NCBI GenBank assembly: GCA_015064155.1
Contig: SVST01000007.1
Location: forward strand, 10,077 to 74,076
Source of the DNA: Oscillospiraceae bacterium
Lineage (GTDB): Bacteria; Bacillota; Clostridia; Oscillospirales; CAG-272
Reading direction: 5' to 3'
DNA length: 64,000 nt
The translations under genes and the position numbers were made by a program. The notes beneath the pieces were generated by a model. That model searched no databases, had not been told where the DNA came from, and saw only the letters and a program-made list of their open reading frames with translations. Positions 40,364-50,171 of this stretch are shown piece after piece (position 1 is the stretch's first letter; each line of letters starts with the position of its first letter).

Positions 40364-41544
40364 ACGTTTTCTCCGATCCCTTTGAAATAAAAGATGGTGT
40401 CGTCCTTGGGGCGGATCTCGGTGAGCGTTCCCGTATAATGGCGCAGATTGATGGGATGATAGGGGCGCTTTTCAACCTCTTCCACGAACACGTCGATGCC
40501 CAGTCCCGGTTTATCGTTGATCAGAATACAGCCGTCCTCGAATACGACCTCTTCGTTTGTGATTTTTTTGCGGAAGGATCCGTCGTTGATCATGATTTCA
40601 TGGATCAGGAAGTTGGGCGTTGCGGCGGCAAGCTGAAGAATTGCCGCGTTGGAGATGGGACCCGAGGGGTTGTGGAAGGAAATGGGGATATGCTTGGACT
40701 CTGCCATCGCGGCAATCTTTTTGCATTCCATCATGCCGCCCGTATGGAACATATCGGGCTGTGCGATATCCACGGCGTTCTTGGAGAACAGATCCTCGAA
40801 GCCGTAAATGCTGTAAACGCGCTCGCCTGCCGCAATCGGAATCAGTGACTTTTTCTTGACCTCGGCAATTGCCGTCAAATTATCGGGCGGGCAGGGCTCT
40901 TCCATCAGCATCGGCTTGAAAGGTGCCAGCTCACGGGAAATTTCAATGGCGGTGTAGGGATTGAAGCGTCCGTGACACTCAATCAGCAGCTCCACATTGT
41001 CCCCCACCGCTTCGCGTACCGCGCCTACGATTTCTACGGCGAGATTCATATCCTCCTTGGAGATCGTCATGTGGGATTTCCCGAAAGGATCCCATTTCAA
41101 TGCCTTTACGCCGAGAGCTACCGTTTCCTTGGCTTTTTGTGCAAAGTTTTCGGGGGTTTTGGAGCCGGAGAACCAGCCGTTTGCGTACATTTTGACACGG
41201 TCACGCATTTTTCCGCCGAAAAACGTGTACACGGGGACGTTTAAGGTCTTTCCCATAATGTCCCACATTGCCATTTCGATGCCGCTGATTGCCGACATGA
41301 GAACGGGGCCGCCCTTCCAGTAGATGTCGCGGTAGACCTCAAAGCGCATCTTTTCGATCTCAAAGGGGTTGCGTCCGATGATCAGGCGCTTCAAATCCTC
41401 AACGCATCCGCTGAGAGCCATTTCCTGCGTGCCAAGCGATGCCTCACCCCAACCGTAGATCCCCTCGTCGGTTTCCACCTTGATAAAGGTCCAGTTGGTG
41501 CGGTATGCATCCATAATATAGGTTTTGATATCCGTAATTTTCAT
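40360..41544 (-). CDS. Enolase-superfamily aldonate dehydratase (DgoD-like)
   Basis: IKVETDEG.GWGE, AMWDI, ECHGRF, EEP, AGER, QPD, HNPSGP. Confidence 0.85.
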   Translation of the reverse strand: MKITDIKTYIMDAYRTNWTFIKVETDEGIYGWGEASLGTQEMALSGCVEDLKRLIIGRNPFEIEKMRFEVYRDIYWKGGPVLMSAISGIEMAMWDIMGKTLNVPVYTFFGGKMRDRVKMYANGWFSGSKTPENFAQKAKETVALGVKALKWDPFGKSHMTISKEDMNLAVEIVGAVREAVGDNVELLIECHGRFNPYTAIEISRELAPFKPMLMEEPCPPDNLTAIAEVKKKSLIPIAAGERVYSIYGFEDLFSKNAVDIAQPDMFHTGGMMECKKIAAMAESKHIPISFHNPSGPISNAAILQLAAATPNFLIHEIMINDGSFRKKITNEEVVFEDGCILINDKPGLGIDVFVEEVEKRPYHPINLRHYTGTLTEIRPKDDTIFYFKGIGENV

Positions 41545-41560
41545 ATCGATCGTTTTCCTT

Positions 41561-42325
41561 TCAAGTGCTTTCTTTTGAGTAGGGCAGAATACAGACCGAG
41601 ATGCCCGAATCAACGGTCAGATCGGTTCCCGTGATGCTGGCGGATTGGTCGGTACCAAGGAAATAGACTGCATTGGCGATCTCTTGCTCGGTTGATTCTC
41701 TGCCAACGGGATAGCGTGCGCGGCGCGCGGCAATCTCTTCAGCGGAAAGCGCATTCCATCGATCCGAATGAATGGCTCCCGCTACCACGTTGTTGGCGCG
41801 AATGTTGTATTCTCCCAGTTCAAACGCAATATTTTTGACGAGCAACGAAATTGCCGCCTTGGTCATGGAATAAACGGCTCTGCCGCGAACCGCACCTGTT
41901 CCCTGAACCGATCCGATGGTCACGATATTTCCGCCGCCGTGCCGCTTCATAACCTCCGCTGCCGCCTGACAGCAGAAAAACGTTCCCTTGATGTTTACGT
42001 CAACGATGTCGCAAAAGCTTTGCTCGTCGGTGTTCATGACACCGAAATTTATGCCGAGATGGGCTGCATTGGCAACGAATACGTCGATGGAACCAAGGTC
42101 GCGCTCTGCCGATAAGAAGACCTCCCGAATTTCATTCGCGCTTGTAAACGACAGCCCATAGCCCTTGGCGGGAACCGAAAATTCCGAAGCCAGTTCACTT
42201 GCCGTTCGTTCCGCTTTCTTTTGATCTCGGCTGGTGATGGCAATTCCATATCCGTTTTGGGCAAACTGCCGTGCGATGGCAAGTCCCGTGTTTACGGTAC
42301 CGCCCGTAATCAAAATATTTTTCAT
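41561..42325 (-). CDS. Short-chain dehydrogenase/reductase
   Basis: ITGGTVNTG, VANA, YSMTK, ITG..LTVDSG. Confidence 0.9.
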   Translation of the reverse strand: MKNILITGGTVNTGLAIARQFAQNGYGIAITSRDQKKAERTASELASEFSVPAKGYGLSFTSANEIREVFLSAERDLGSIDVFVANAAHLGINFGVMNTDEQSFCDIVDVNIKGTFFCCQAAAEVMKRHGGGNIVTIGSVQGTGAVRGRAVYSMTKAAISLLVKNIAFELGEYNIRANNVVAGAIHSDRWNALSAEEIAARRARYPVGRESTEQEIANAVYFLGTDQSASITGTDLTVDSGISVCILPYSKEST

Positions 42326-42345
42326 GTTGATTTCTCCGCTTGGAT

Positions 42346-43023
42346 TCACAGTGGAATTTCTTGATATACAGTGGCAATGACGCGATTTTCGCAAGTGAAA
42401 TTCTCCGGTGTGAGATCATCCATCATGCCGTAATGTAAGGGGACTGCGTGCTTTGCTTTGGTTCTTTCGGCAAACCGTACGGCATCGGTGACGTTGAGAT
42501 TGTTTCCCTTTCCGTTGATGGGGAGGAAAACCGTATTGATCGCGTCGGGAAGATCTTCAAAGATTTCGGTGTTATACAGCGTGTCACCCGTTACGTAGTA
42601 CTTCTTTTTGCCGTCGTCCAGGATGATGCCGATTGCGGTGGGATCGGAATGCTCGGCTCGAACCGCGATAACACGAACGCCGGATGCGTGCGTCCATTCG
42701 GTATGTCGCGACAAGCGGACGTAATTGTTCTTTCCGCCAAACGTACGAACGTGCTCCCATGCGTTGGGGGCGGCAAGCACCGTGACGTTGCTTTCTGCAC
42801 TCAAAAAATGGGACAGCGTTTGCTCGTCGGTATGATCCGGGTGATCGTGTGTGAGAATAATGACGTCGGGAGTCATTTCCAAAAATCTGCGATCAACGGA
42901 AATACGGCGGTGACTTTGCGGATTTTTTTCACCGCAAGCATCCGACAGATACGGGTCTACCATAATTTTCACTTGCTTGCCCTCAAACAAGAGTCCTGCT
43001 TGACCAAGCCAGGTCACCTTCAT
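42346..43023 (-). CDS. MBL-fold hydrolase (UlaG-like lactonase)
   Basis: WLGQAG, VDPYLS, THDHPDH, GDT, PING, PLHY. Confidence 0.85.
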   Translation of the reverse strand: MKVTWLGQAGLLFEGKQVKIMVDPYLSDACGEKNPQSHRRISVDRRFLEMTPDVIILTHDHPDHTDEQTLSHFLSAESNVTVLAAPNAWEHVRTFGGKNNYVRLSRHTEWTHASGVRVIAVRAEHSDPTAIGIILDDGKKKYYVTGDTLYNTEIFEDLPDAINTVFLPINGKGNNLNVTDAVRFAERTKAKHAVPLHYGMMDDLTPENFTCENRVIATVYQEIPL

Positions 43024-43136
43024 AAAATCGCCTCCTTTTTATTGGCTGCTACGTTCATTATAACAGTTTGATCCCCGATTGAAAATATAAAATTTTAACA
43101 AGCACTTATAATATTTTATCATTTCAACCGACCAAA

Positions 43137-44030
43137 TCAGAAAAGTGTGTGCAACGGCGAGAGGTCAATTACGATTCCGAAGAGAACACCAATGCTCCAA
43201 AGGAACAAAAGAATTTGAAGGGAATTGAGCAGGGGACGGTTGTTTCGGAACAGGATTGCGAGTCCAATGCCTGCATTGACCAAAAGTCCCGACAAAAGCG
43301 CGCCGACGGGAAGCATCCCCGACAGATACAGCTCGGTTAACACCACCGACGAGGCACAGTTTGGAAACAGACCCATCGATGCCGCCAGGAGGTTCCCTAG
43401 AATCGGGCGCGAGCTCAAGAGTGCTGCCAGCTTGTCCTCCCCCACTCCGTGAACGGTGAGATTGATGGCAAGCGTAAACAGAAAAATAAAAATGGTGATA
43501 TAAACGGTATGGCGAAATGCCGAAACGGCAAAATGCTCACCGCAACGACAATTTTCGCGCTCGCAAAGATCTTCAATCGTCGGTTCCTCACGCGGTGTCA
43601 GCTTTCGGTTGCGGCGAATCGCACGAATTCCCGCATCGGCGGCAAATCCGATGCCAACCCCGATGACGAGTTTTGTGAGAAGCAACTTTAAGATCAGTGC
43701 TACCGATGCTTCATGAGAGATCAGGATGGGCAGCATTTCATCGGAGGTGGAGAGAAAGACTGCCAAAAGGGTTCCGACGGTGATGATTCTGCCGCTATAC
43801 AAGCTTGAAGCGGCAGCGGAAAAGCCGCACTGCGGGACGATTCCGAAGAGCCCTCCCAACAGCGGACCTACTTTTCCCGAGCTGCGCAGCCATTTTGCAC
43901 TGACGTCCCCCGATTTGTGCTCTAAAAATTCCATCAGAAGATAGGTCAGGAAGAGAAAAGGGATCAGCCGCGCGGTTTCCTCCAGTGTGTGCAACAGAAT
44001 ATGCGGAAGATGCTCAATGATATGCTCCAT
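43137..44030 (-). CDS. Putative manganese/metal permease
   Basis: GIVPQCG, STSDE, GLFPNCASSV; Cys/His loop CERENCRCGEH. Confidence 0.75.
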   Translation of the reverse strand: MEHIIEHLPHILLHTLEETARLIPFLFLTYLLMEFLEHKSGDVSAKWLRSSGKVGPLLGGLFGIVPQCGFSAAASSLYSGRIITVGTLLAVFLSTSDEMLPILISHEASVALILKLLLTKLVIGVGIGFAADAGIRAIRRNRKLTPREEPTIEDLCERENCRCGEHFAVSAFRHTVYITIFIFLFTLAINLTVHGVGEDKLAALLSSRPILGNLLAASMGLFPNCASSVVLTELYLSGMLPVGALLSGLLVNAGIGLAILFRNNRPLLNSLQILLFLWSIGVLFGIVIDLSPLHTLF

Positions 44031-44031
44031 G

Positions 44032-44448
44032 TTACGTTCCCTCCGCGTGTCTTCTGCAGTTTTGGCAGACTCCGTACAGGATAGATTGTCCGCAGTCTAC
44101 CGAAAAGCCGTGCTCTGCTTGCAGGTGCTTGGCAAAGGTAAGCGAATCGTTGCATGCAAGATGGTGGATGGCACCGCAACGCAGGCACTTTGCGTGAAAA
44201 TGAGAGCCGCAATCACAGCCCGTTCCAACGTACTGGTAAACGGCACAATTCTGCTCCTCATTTCTGAATTTCCGAAGGATGTTATCGGCGCAAAGCTCCG
44301 ACAGATGTCGATAGACGCTGCTTCTTTTTTGATTGTTTCCGTGGAGTGCCAAGCAAAGCTCCTCGGTTGTAAATTGACGGTCGGGGTTCTTTGCCAAAAA
44401 ATCGCAAAGTGCCCGTTTCCCGTCGGTCAGGTAAACGGTTTTCTTCAT
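44032..44448 (-). CDS. Fur-family metal-responsive regulator
   Basis: SSVYRHL, HFHAKCLRCG, YGVCQNC; AAGGAG RBS. Confidence 0.9.
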   Translation of the reverse strand: MKKTVYLTDGKRALCDFLAKNPDRQFTTEELCLALHGNNQKRSSVYRHLSELCADNILRKFRNEEQNCAVYQYVGTGCDCGSHFHAKCLRCGAIHHLACNDSLTFAKHLQAEHGFSVDCGQSILYGVCQNCRRHAEGT

Positions 44449-44466
44449 ATTGCTCCTTGTTGTTGG

Positions 44467-44502
44467 TTGAGAATAATTCCCAATAATGAGAACGGTTCTC
44501 AA
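44467..44502. promoter_or_regulatory. Tandem Fur-box-like inverted repeats
   Basis: TTGAGAATAATTCCCAA and TGAGAACGGTTCTCA just downstream of the minus-strand TATAAT. Confidence 0.7.
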
Positions 44503-44634
44503 ATTATAGCACAAAGCAAGAGAAATGTCAATAGATACCGACGTTTTTGCGTTTCGAAAAAAGCATTTTCAGAGGTATAAATTCGTTTTTTCGTGGGATG
44601 CTTATTATAACGAAATTGGAAAGGATAAGAGCCG

Positions 44635-45069
44635 ATGATAGAAAAGGATACCATCAAGCTGTTGCGAGAATGTGATGCAGGGGTCAAAATGGGGGTAGAG
44701 TCGATTGACGAGGTGATCGAATACGTCAAAGACGACCGATTAAAGGAGCTTCTTGAGGTCTGCCGACGGGAGCATACGAAGCTTGCCCACGAAATACAGA
44801 CCCTTCTTGACAAATATCAGGATGACGGGAAGGACCCCAACCCCATTGCCAAGGGGATGTCCTGGATGAAAACCAACGTCAAGCTGATTCTGCACGAATC
44901 GGATCATACCATTGCCGATTTGATGACCGACGGATGTAATATGGGGGTAAAGTCTTTGAATCGGTATATGAATCAGTATCGGGCGGCGGATGAGGTTTCT
45001 AAGGATATTGCCAAGCGGCTGGTGAATCTGGAGGAAAAGCTCGCCGTTGATATTCGCGGATATTTATAA
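44635..45069 (+). CDS. Conserved helical hypothetical protein (ferritin-like fold likely)
   Basis: Clean 144-aa ORF with RBS and terminator; paralog of 55150..55602. Confidence 0.75.
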   Translation: MIEKDTIKLLRECDAGVKMGVESIDEVIEYVKDDRLKELLEVCRREHTKLAHEIQTLLDKYQDDGKDPNPIAKGMSWMKTNVKLILHESDHTIADLMTDGCNMGVKSLNRYMNQYRAADEVSKDIAKRLVNLEEKLAVDIRGYL

Positions 45070-45112
45070 AAAAGGCGACGCACGTTCCGAGAGGACGTGC
45101 GTCGTTATTCCT

Positions 45113-45598
45113 TTAATTCAGCAGCAGAATTCCAAGATTGAGGTAGCCCGCAAAGCCAAGCCAAAGGACGTACGGGATCTGCAGATATGCGGCAAGCGGG
45201 ACGACGCGTCGGTAGGCAATTACGGTGCGGATGACGAGATACAGAAGAGCCAACAGCCAGAAAAACGCAAGGAGGATCCAACGCTGATTGAAGAAGATTA
45301 GGCTCCATGCGAAGTTAAACCCCAGGCTGATTGCATAATATGCCAAGCCTGTGTCTGCCGCGCGGCGGTCATCGCGTCGAGCCGACCGGATCAAAGCCGA
45401 GCTGATTCCCATCAAAACGTAAAGAGCCGTCCAAACCACGGGGAAGAGCCATGCAGGTGGGGCGAGTGGCGGAGTTTTCAGCGTTTGATAGATTTGCATG
45501 CTGTTTCTTGTCAAAAAAGCGGCAAGCGCACCGATGGAGAGGGGAATTAAGATGGCAATGATATAGGTTTTGACAGTCCTTTTTTGATCGGTATACAA
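45113..45598 (-). CDS. tspO: TspO/MBR-family tryptophan-rich sensory protein
   Basis: PPAWLFPVVWTALYVLMG, NFAWSLIFF, PYVLWLGFAGYLN. Confidence 0.9.
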   Translation of the reverse strand: MYTDQKRTVKTYIIAILIPLSIGALAAFLTRNSMQIYQTLKTPPLAPPAWLFPVVWTALYVLMGISSALIRSARRDDRRAADTGLAYYAISLGFNFAWSLIFFNQRWILLAFFWLLALLYLVIRTVIAYRRVVPLAAYLQIPYVLWLGFAGYLNLGILLLN

Positions 45599-45753
45599 AG
45601 AATCGCCTCCGTTTCGTTTGTTTGCGGTTTTGTTCTATGTATATGCGCACAATTTTTGATTATTCCCGGTTCTTTTTTTCATTTATACTTGTTTTTTGGG
45701 GGAAATCTTGCTATAATGTAAGAAAGATCAATGCTTGCAAAGGAGATTTGGCA

Positions 45754-46542
45754 ATGGAAAAGATTTTGGAAAAAGAGGGCTTTATCTGTGATATGGACGG
45801 CGTGATCTATCACGGCAATCGGATTTTGGACGGAGTTCACGAATTCGTGACGTGGTTGATTGAAAACAACAAAAAGTTCGTATTTCTCACAAACAGCCCC
45901 GAAAAAACACCGCACGAGCTTTCCATGAAGCTTGAGCGTATGGGACTTTCGGTTTCTGCCGATCATTTCTATACCAGTGCGATGGCAACTGCCGAATTTT
46001 TGCATACGCAGGCACCGGGCTGTACTGCTTACGTGATTGGCGAAGCGGCGCTTTCCAAAGCTCTTTATGACCAGCATATTTATATGAACGATGTCAATCC
46101 CGATTATGTCGTCGTAGGAGAAACGCGTACCTACTGCTTCGAGAAAATTGAAAAGGCGATCGCACTTGTGAATAACGGTGCAAAACTGATCGGTGCAAAC
46201 CCCGATACTGTTGGTGTAACCGAAAAGGGAATCATGCCTGCAACCGGTTGCTTGATGGCACCGATTGAAATCGCAACCGGGAAAAAAGCCTATTTTGTCG
46301 GCAAGCCAAACCCATTGATGATTCGTCACGGACTGCGTAAGCTGGGCTGTCACAGTGCCGACATCGCCTTCATCGGTGACCGCATGGATACCGATATTAT
46401 TTCGGGGATTGAGTCAAACGTAGATACCGTTCTGGTGCTCAGCGGTGTAACCGCGAGAGAGGATATCGATAGCTTCCCGTACCGTCCCAAGTACGTTTTG
46501 AACGGGGTGGGGGATTTGTTAAAGGGCTTGAAGCAATCATAA
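45754..46542 (+). CDS. HAD-IIA family phosphatase (NagD-like)
   Basis: DMDGV, LTNS, NPD, GKP, IGDRMDTDI, LVLSG. Confidence 0.9.
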   Translation: MEKILEKEGFICDMDGVIYHGNRILDGVHEFVTWLIENNKKFVFLTNSPEKTPHELSMKLERMGLSVSADHFYTSAMATAEFLHTQAPGCTAYVIGEAALSKALYDQHIYMNDVNPDYVVVGETRTYCFEKIEKAIALVNNGAKLIGANPDTVGVTEKGIMPATGCLMAPIEIATGKKAYFVGKPNPLMIRHGLRKLGCHSADIAFIGDRMDTDIISGIESNVDTVLVLSGVTAREDIDSFPYRPKYVLNGVGDLLKGLKQS

Positions 46543-46612
46543 AATAAAAAATACCGCATCGGTTCACGCGTATGCTGCGAGAGCCGATGCGGTTTTGTTT
46601 GTCGTGTGCCTT

Positions 46613-48019
46613 TTAAGGGTTCAAGCGGTGACCGTCCAGGATGATTTGCTTGTTGAATCTGCGGCGGAAGAAGATAAAGCCGCCGATATTGAACAACAGC
46701 AGGATCGACCACGATACCAGGAAGCATGCCATCAGCATGGTAAACGAGGTGGTTTCGTCGGCATTGGCATACGGTGGGTAAACGATCCACATCCAAAACA
46801 TACGAAAGCCGAATACACACAAAATGGAAGACAGAGCACTGTAGGTAGCGTGTCCAAACGATTGGATCGCGTGGGAAAGCACACCGTTTGCCGCCGCGAT
46901 AAAATAGAAACCCGCAACGAAGAACAAGCGTAATTTCCCGAATCCGATGGCGGCAACGTCACCCGGGAGGAACATCGAAAGCCAAAACGTACTTGTGAAA
47001 TACACGGTCAAACCGATAACGGCGCAAAGCGACATATTCAAAGCCAAGCATTTCCAAAAGGTTTCTTTGATACGACCGGGCTTATGTGCGCCGATATTCT
47101 GACCCATGAAAACCGTAGTGGTGGAGGCAATCGGTCCGCTGATTGCGCTGCAGGTAAAGCCCTCAATGGTGGAGCCTGCCGAGTTTCCCGCAATCGCAGC
47201 AACTCCGATGTCGTTGATCGCGGATTGAATCTGCAGATTGGAAAGCGGATAAAGCGCCGTGGTGAGTGCCAACGGGATTCCTTGCGCCATAATCTGACGG
47301 AACGCGCCGAAATGGAAGCGAATTTTTTTGAGAATCAAACGACCGTCGCCTTCCATCACACAAAGACGACGAATGACGAGAAATGCCGCAACGACTTGAG
47401 ATGTCGCGGTGGCAACTGCAACCGCAACCACCTTTTGCGGTAAAATCAAGCAAAGAATGACGTTCAAAACGACGTTGACAAGACCGCTGATAATGATGTA
47501 AACCATTGGACGCTGTGAATCTCCCGAGGAGGTCAGAATTGCAGAGCCAAAGTTATACAATAAAATTGCAGGTGCGGCGGCAACGTAGATGCAGAGATAG
47601 ATTTTTGCACCGTCAAAGCAATCACCGGGGCATTTGGTCATATGCAAAAGCTGTGGCGCAAAGGGAACGCCGAACAAGGCAATCAGGATCCCCAATCCGG
47701 TAGCGGTGAGAATAACGGTATTTACGGTTCTGCGGATTCCATGGCTGTCGCGTGCGCCGAACTGTCGGGAAAGGATAATTTTTGCGCCGCTTGCAATTCC
47801 AACGAAGGTATTGACCAGCAGGTGTACGATGGCGGACGTTGCGCCCACCGATGCCACGGCTGTGGATTCTTTCGTCATGTTTCCCAGCACGACGAGGTCA
47901 ACCGCGTTAAAGCAGGATTGGATCAGGGTACTGAGGATCAAAGGGATCGCGTAGAGAATGATCCCTTTAAAAAGCGGACCCTCCGTGGCATCGATTTTCT
48001 TTCCCGATAACAATTTCAT
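46613..48019 (-). CDS. MATE-family efflux transporter
   Basis: FNAVDLVVLG, GDSQRP, AVATATSQ, GQNIGA; about 12 TM segments. Confidence 0.9.
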   Translation of the reverse strand: MKLLSGKKIDATEGPLFKGIILYAIPLILSTLIQSCFNAVDLVVLGNMTKESTAVASVGATSAIVHLLVNTFVGIASGAKIILSRQFGARDSHGIRRTVNTVILTATGLGILIALFGVPFAPQLLHMTKCPGDCFDGAKIYLCIYVAAAPAILLYNFGSAILTSSGDSQRPMVYIIISGLVNVVLNVILCLILPQKVVAVAVATATSQVVAAFLVIRRLCVMEGDGRLILKKIRFHFGAFRQIMAQGIPLALTTALYPLSNLQIQSAINDIGVAAIAGNSAGSTIEGFTCSAISGPIASTTTVFMGQNIGAHKPGRIKETFWKCLALNMSLCAVIGLTVYFTSTFWLSMFLPGDVAAIGFGKLRLFFVAGFYFIAAANGVLSHAIQSFGHATYSALSSILCVFGFRMFWMWIVYPPYANADETTSFTMLMACFLVSWSILLLFNIGGFIFFRRRFNKQIILDGHRLNP

Positions 48020-48180
48020 GGCTGTTTTCCTTTCGCATTCCGTTCAAGACGCGGCGAATTGTCCGTCCTGATGCAATACCCGCAAGCATTGCAGGTGTCG
48101 ATTGGCATTGTTTCTACCATTATAGCACAAGTCCATATAAAAGGCAATCCCAAAAACAAATTTTTTGACAAAAAATACGA

Positions 48181-50169
48181 TTATCTTTTTTTAGCACTTC
48201 CTTTTGCTTTTATGTGGGAATTCTGCGGCTTGCCGACCTGTGATTTGCGCGTTTTTTTACCGTTCGGGTTGGTTGAGCCTTTTTGAAGGTTGTGACGGTT
48301 GTCGGATTTTTCCTTGGTGGCATGCAAGGGATTTCCCTTTTTGTCTGTTTTGCGATAGGGTTGTCCCGCCCCCGCAGGGCGCACCAAGCAATCCTTTCCG
48401 TATCCGATCAGATCGGAACGACCCGCACGGAGCAGTGCTTCTCGCACAAGTGCTGCGTTTTGCGGCTTGTTATACTGCAACAGAGCACGTTGGAGCTGCT
48501 TTTCGTGATAGTCGGTGGCAACGTAAACCGGCTTCATGGTAAGCGGATTGATGCCCGTGTAGTACATGACGGTGGATGCCGTGCCGGGCGTGGGGTAATA
48601 GTCCTGAACCTGCTCGGGCGCATAGCCGTTTCGTTTGAGGCAGAGTGCCAGCTCAACGGCGTCCGACAGCGTGGAGCCGGGGTGACTGGACATCAGATAG
48701 GGAACGAGATATTGCTCCTTGCCGAGCGCGTGCGTAATGTCGAAAAATTTCTCTCGGAATGCCTCGTACACACCGAACTGCGGCTTTCCCATCGAGGCAA
48801 GCACCGCGCTTGAGCAATGCTCGGGAGCAACCTTGAGCTGTCCGCTGACGTGATCCTTGACAAGCTTTTTGAAAAACGCGTCGTTTTTATCTGCCATCAG
48901 GTAATCAAAGCGGATGCCGCTTCGGATAAACACCTTTTTAACACGCGGAAGTGCCTCTACCGCCTCCAAAAGGCGTAGGTATTCGCTGTGATCGACCTTT
49001 AAGTTTTTGCAAGGTGTGGGAGCCAAGCATTTACGCGTGGAGCAAACACCGTCCTTCAGCTGCTTGTCGCAGGCGGGGTATCGGAAATTGGCGGTCGGTC
49101 CTCCGATATCGTGGATATAGCCCTTGAAATCGGGGAGAGCCGTGATCTTTCTTGCCTCCTCGACTACGCTTTGGATACTGCGTGAGCGCACGGTTCTTCC
49201 TTGATGGAAGGCAAGCGCGCAGAAATTGCAGCCGCCAAAGCAGCCACGGTTGTGTGTGACCGAGAATTTGACCTCTTCGATCCCCGGAACACCGCCCATT
49301 TCGCGGTAGACGGGGTGGTAATCGCGCATATAGGGAAGTGCGTATACGCGGTCCAGCTCCTCGCGCTCCAAGGGGGGCATGGGAGGGTTTTGTACCAACA
49401 GCTTGCCGTCGTAACGCTCGCAAACGGCTTTGCCGTTGATCGAATCCTGATTCTTGTATTGGATTCCGAACGCCTCGGCATAGGTTTTGGGATCGGTTTT
49501 CAGCTCGTTGTAATCAAAGGTCTTGGCAACCTCGTAATGGATCGGGTCCTCGGGGTTCGCAAGATAGACCGTTCCGCGTACGTCACGGATCTTGCGGATC
49601 GGAACACCGCGCGACAAGAGATCTGCAATCCGTAAAAGGATGTTTTCTCCCATGCCGTAGGTGAGCAGATCGGCTCGGCTGTCCACGAGAATCGACCGAC
49701 GCACCTTGTTATCCCAGTAATCGTAGTGCGCAAAGCGACGGAGTGATGCCTCCAGTCCGCCGATGATAATCGGGACGTCACCGTATGCCTCGCGAATGCG
49801 GTTGCAGTACACGATCACGGCGCGATCGGGACGGTTCCCCATTTTTCCACCGGGGGAATAGTAGTCAAAGCTGCGCTTCTTTTTTGCGGCGGTGTAATGT
49901 GCCACCATGCTGTCGATATTTCCCGACGTCACCAAAAAGCCGAGACGAGGCTTCCCGTATTCGCGGAACGCATCACAGCTTTTGTAGTCGGGCTGAGAAA
50001 GGATTGCCACACGGTAGCCCGCATGCTCCAGCACACGGGAAATGATGGCAACCCCAAAGGACGGATGATCGACGTAAGCGTCGCCCGTGACGTACACGAA
50101 ATCGGGCGCGTCCCAGCCTCGCTCTTCCATATCCTTGCGGCAAAGCGGTAAAAATTGATTGGTTTCCAT
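48181..50169 (-). CDS. ygiQ: YgiQ/UPF0313 radical SAM protein
   Basis: GDAYVDHPSFG, RGCFGGCNFC, DIGGPTAN, GQLKVAPEH, SSHPG. Confidence 0.92.
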   Translation of the reverse strand: METNQFLPLCRKDMEERGWDAPDFVYVTGDAYVDHPSFGVAIISRVLEHAGYRVAILSQPDYKSCDAFREYGKPRLGFLVTSGNIDSMVAHYTAAKKKRSFDYYSPGGKMGNRPDRAVIVYCNRIREAYGDVPIIIGGLEASLRRFAHYDYWDNKVRRSILVDSRADLLTYGMGENILLRIADLLSRGVPIRKIRDVRGTVYLANPEDPIHYEVAKTFDYNELKTDPKTYAEAFGIQYKNQDSINGKAVCERYDGKLLVQNPPMPPLEREELDRVYALPYMRDYHPVYREMGGVPGIEEVKFSVTHNRGCFGGCNFCALAFHQGRTVRSRSIQSVVEEARKITALPDFKGYIHDIGGPTANFRYPACDKQLKDGVCSTRKCLAPTPCKNLKVDHSEYLRLLEAVEALPRVKKVFIRSGIRFDYLMADKNDAFFKKLVKDHVSGQLKVAPEHCSSAVLASMGKPQFGVYEAFREKFFDITHALGKEQYLVPYLMSSHPGSTLSDAVELALCLKRNGYAPEQVQDYYPTPGTASTVMYYTGINPLTMKPVYVATDYHEKQLQRALLQYNKPQNAALVREALLRAGRSDLIGYGKDCLVRPAGAGQPYRKTDKKGNPLHATKEKSDNRHNLQKGSTNPNGKKTRKSQVGKPQNSHIKAKGSAKKR

Positions 50170-50171
50170 GA

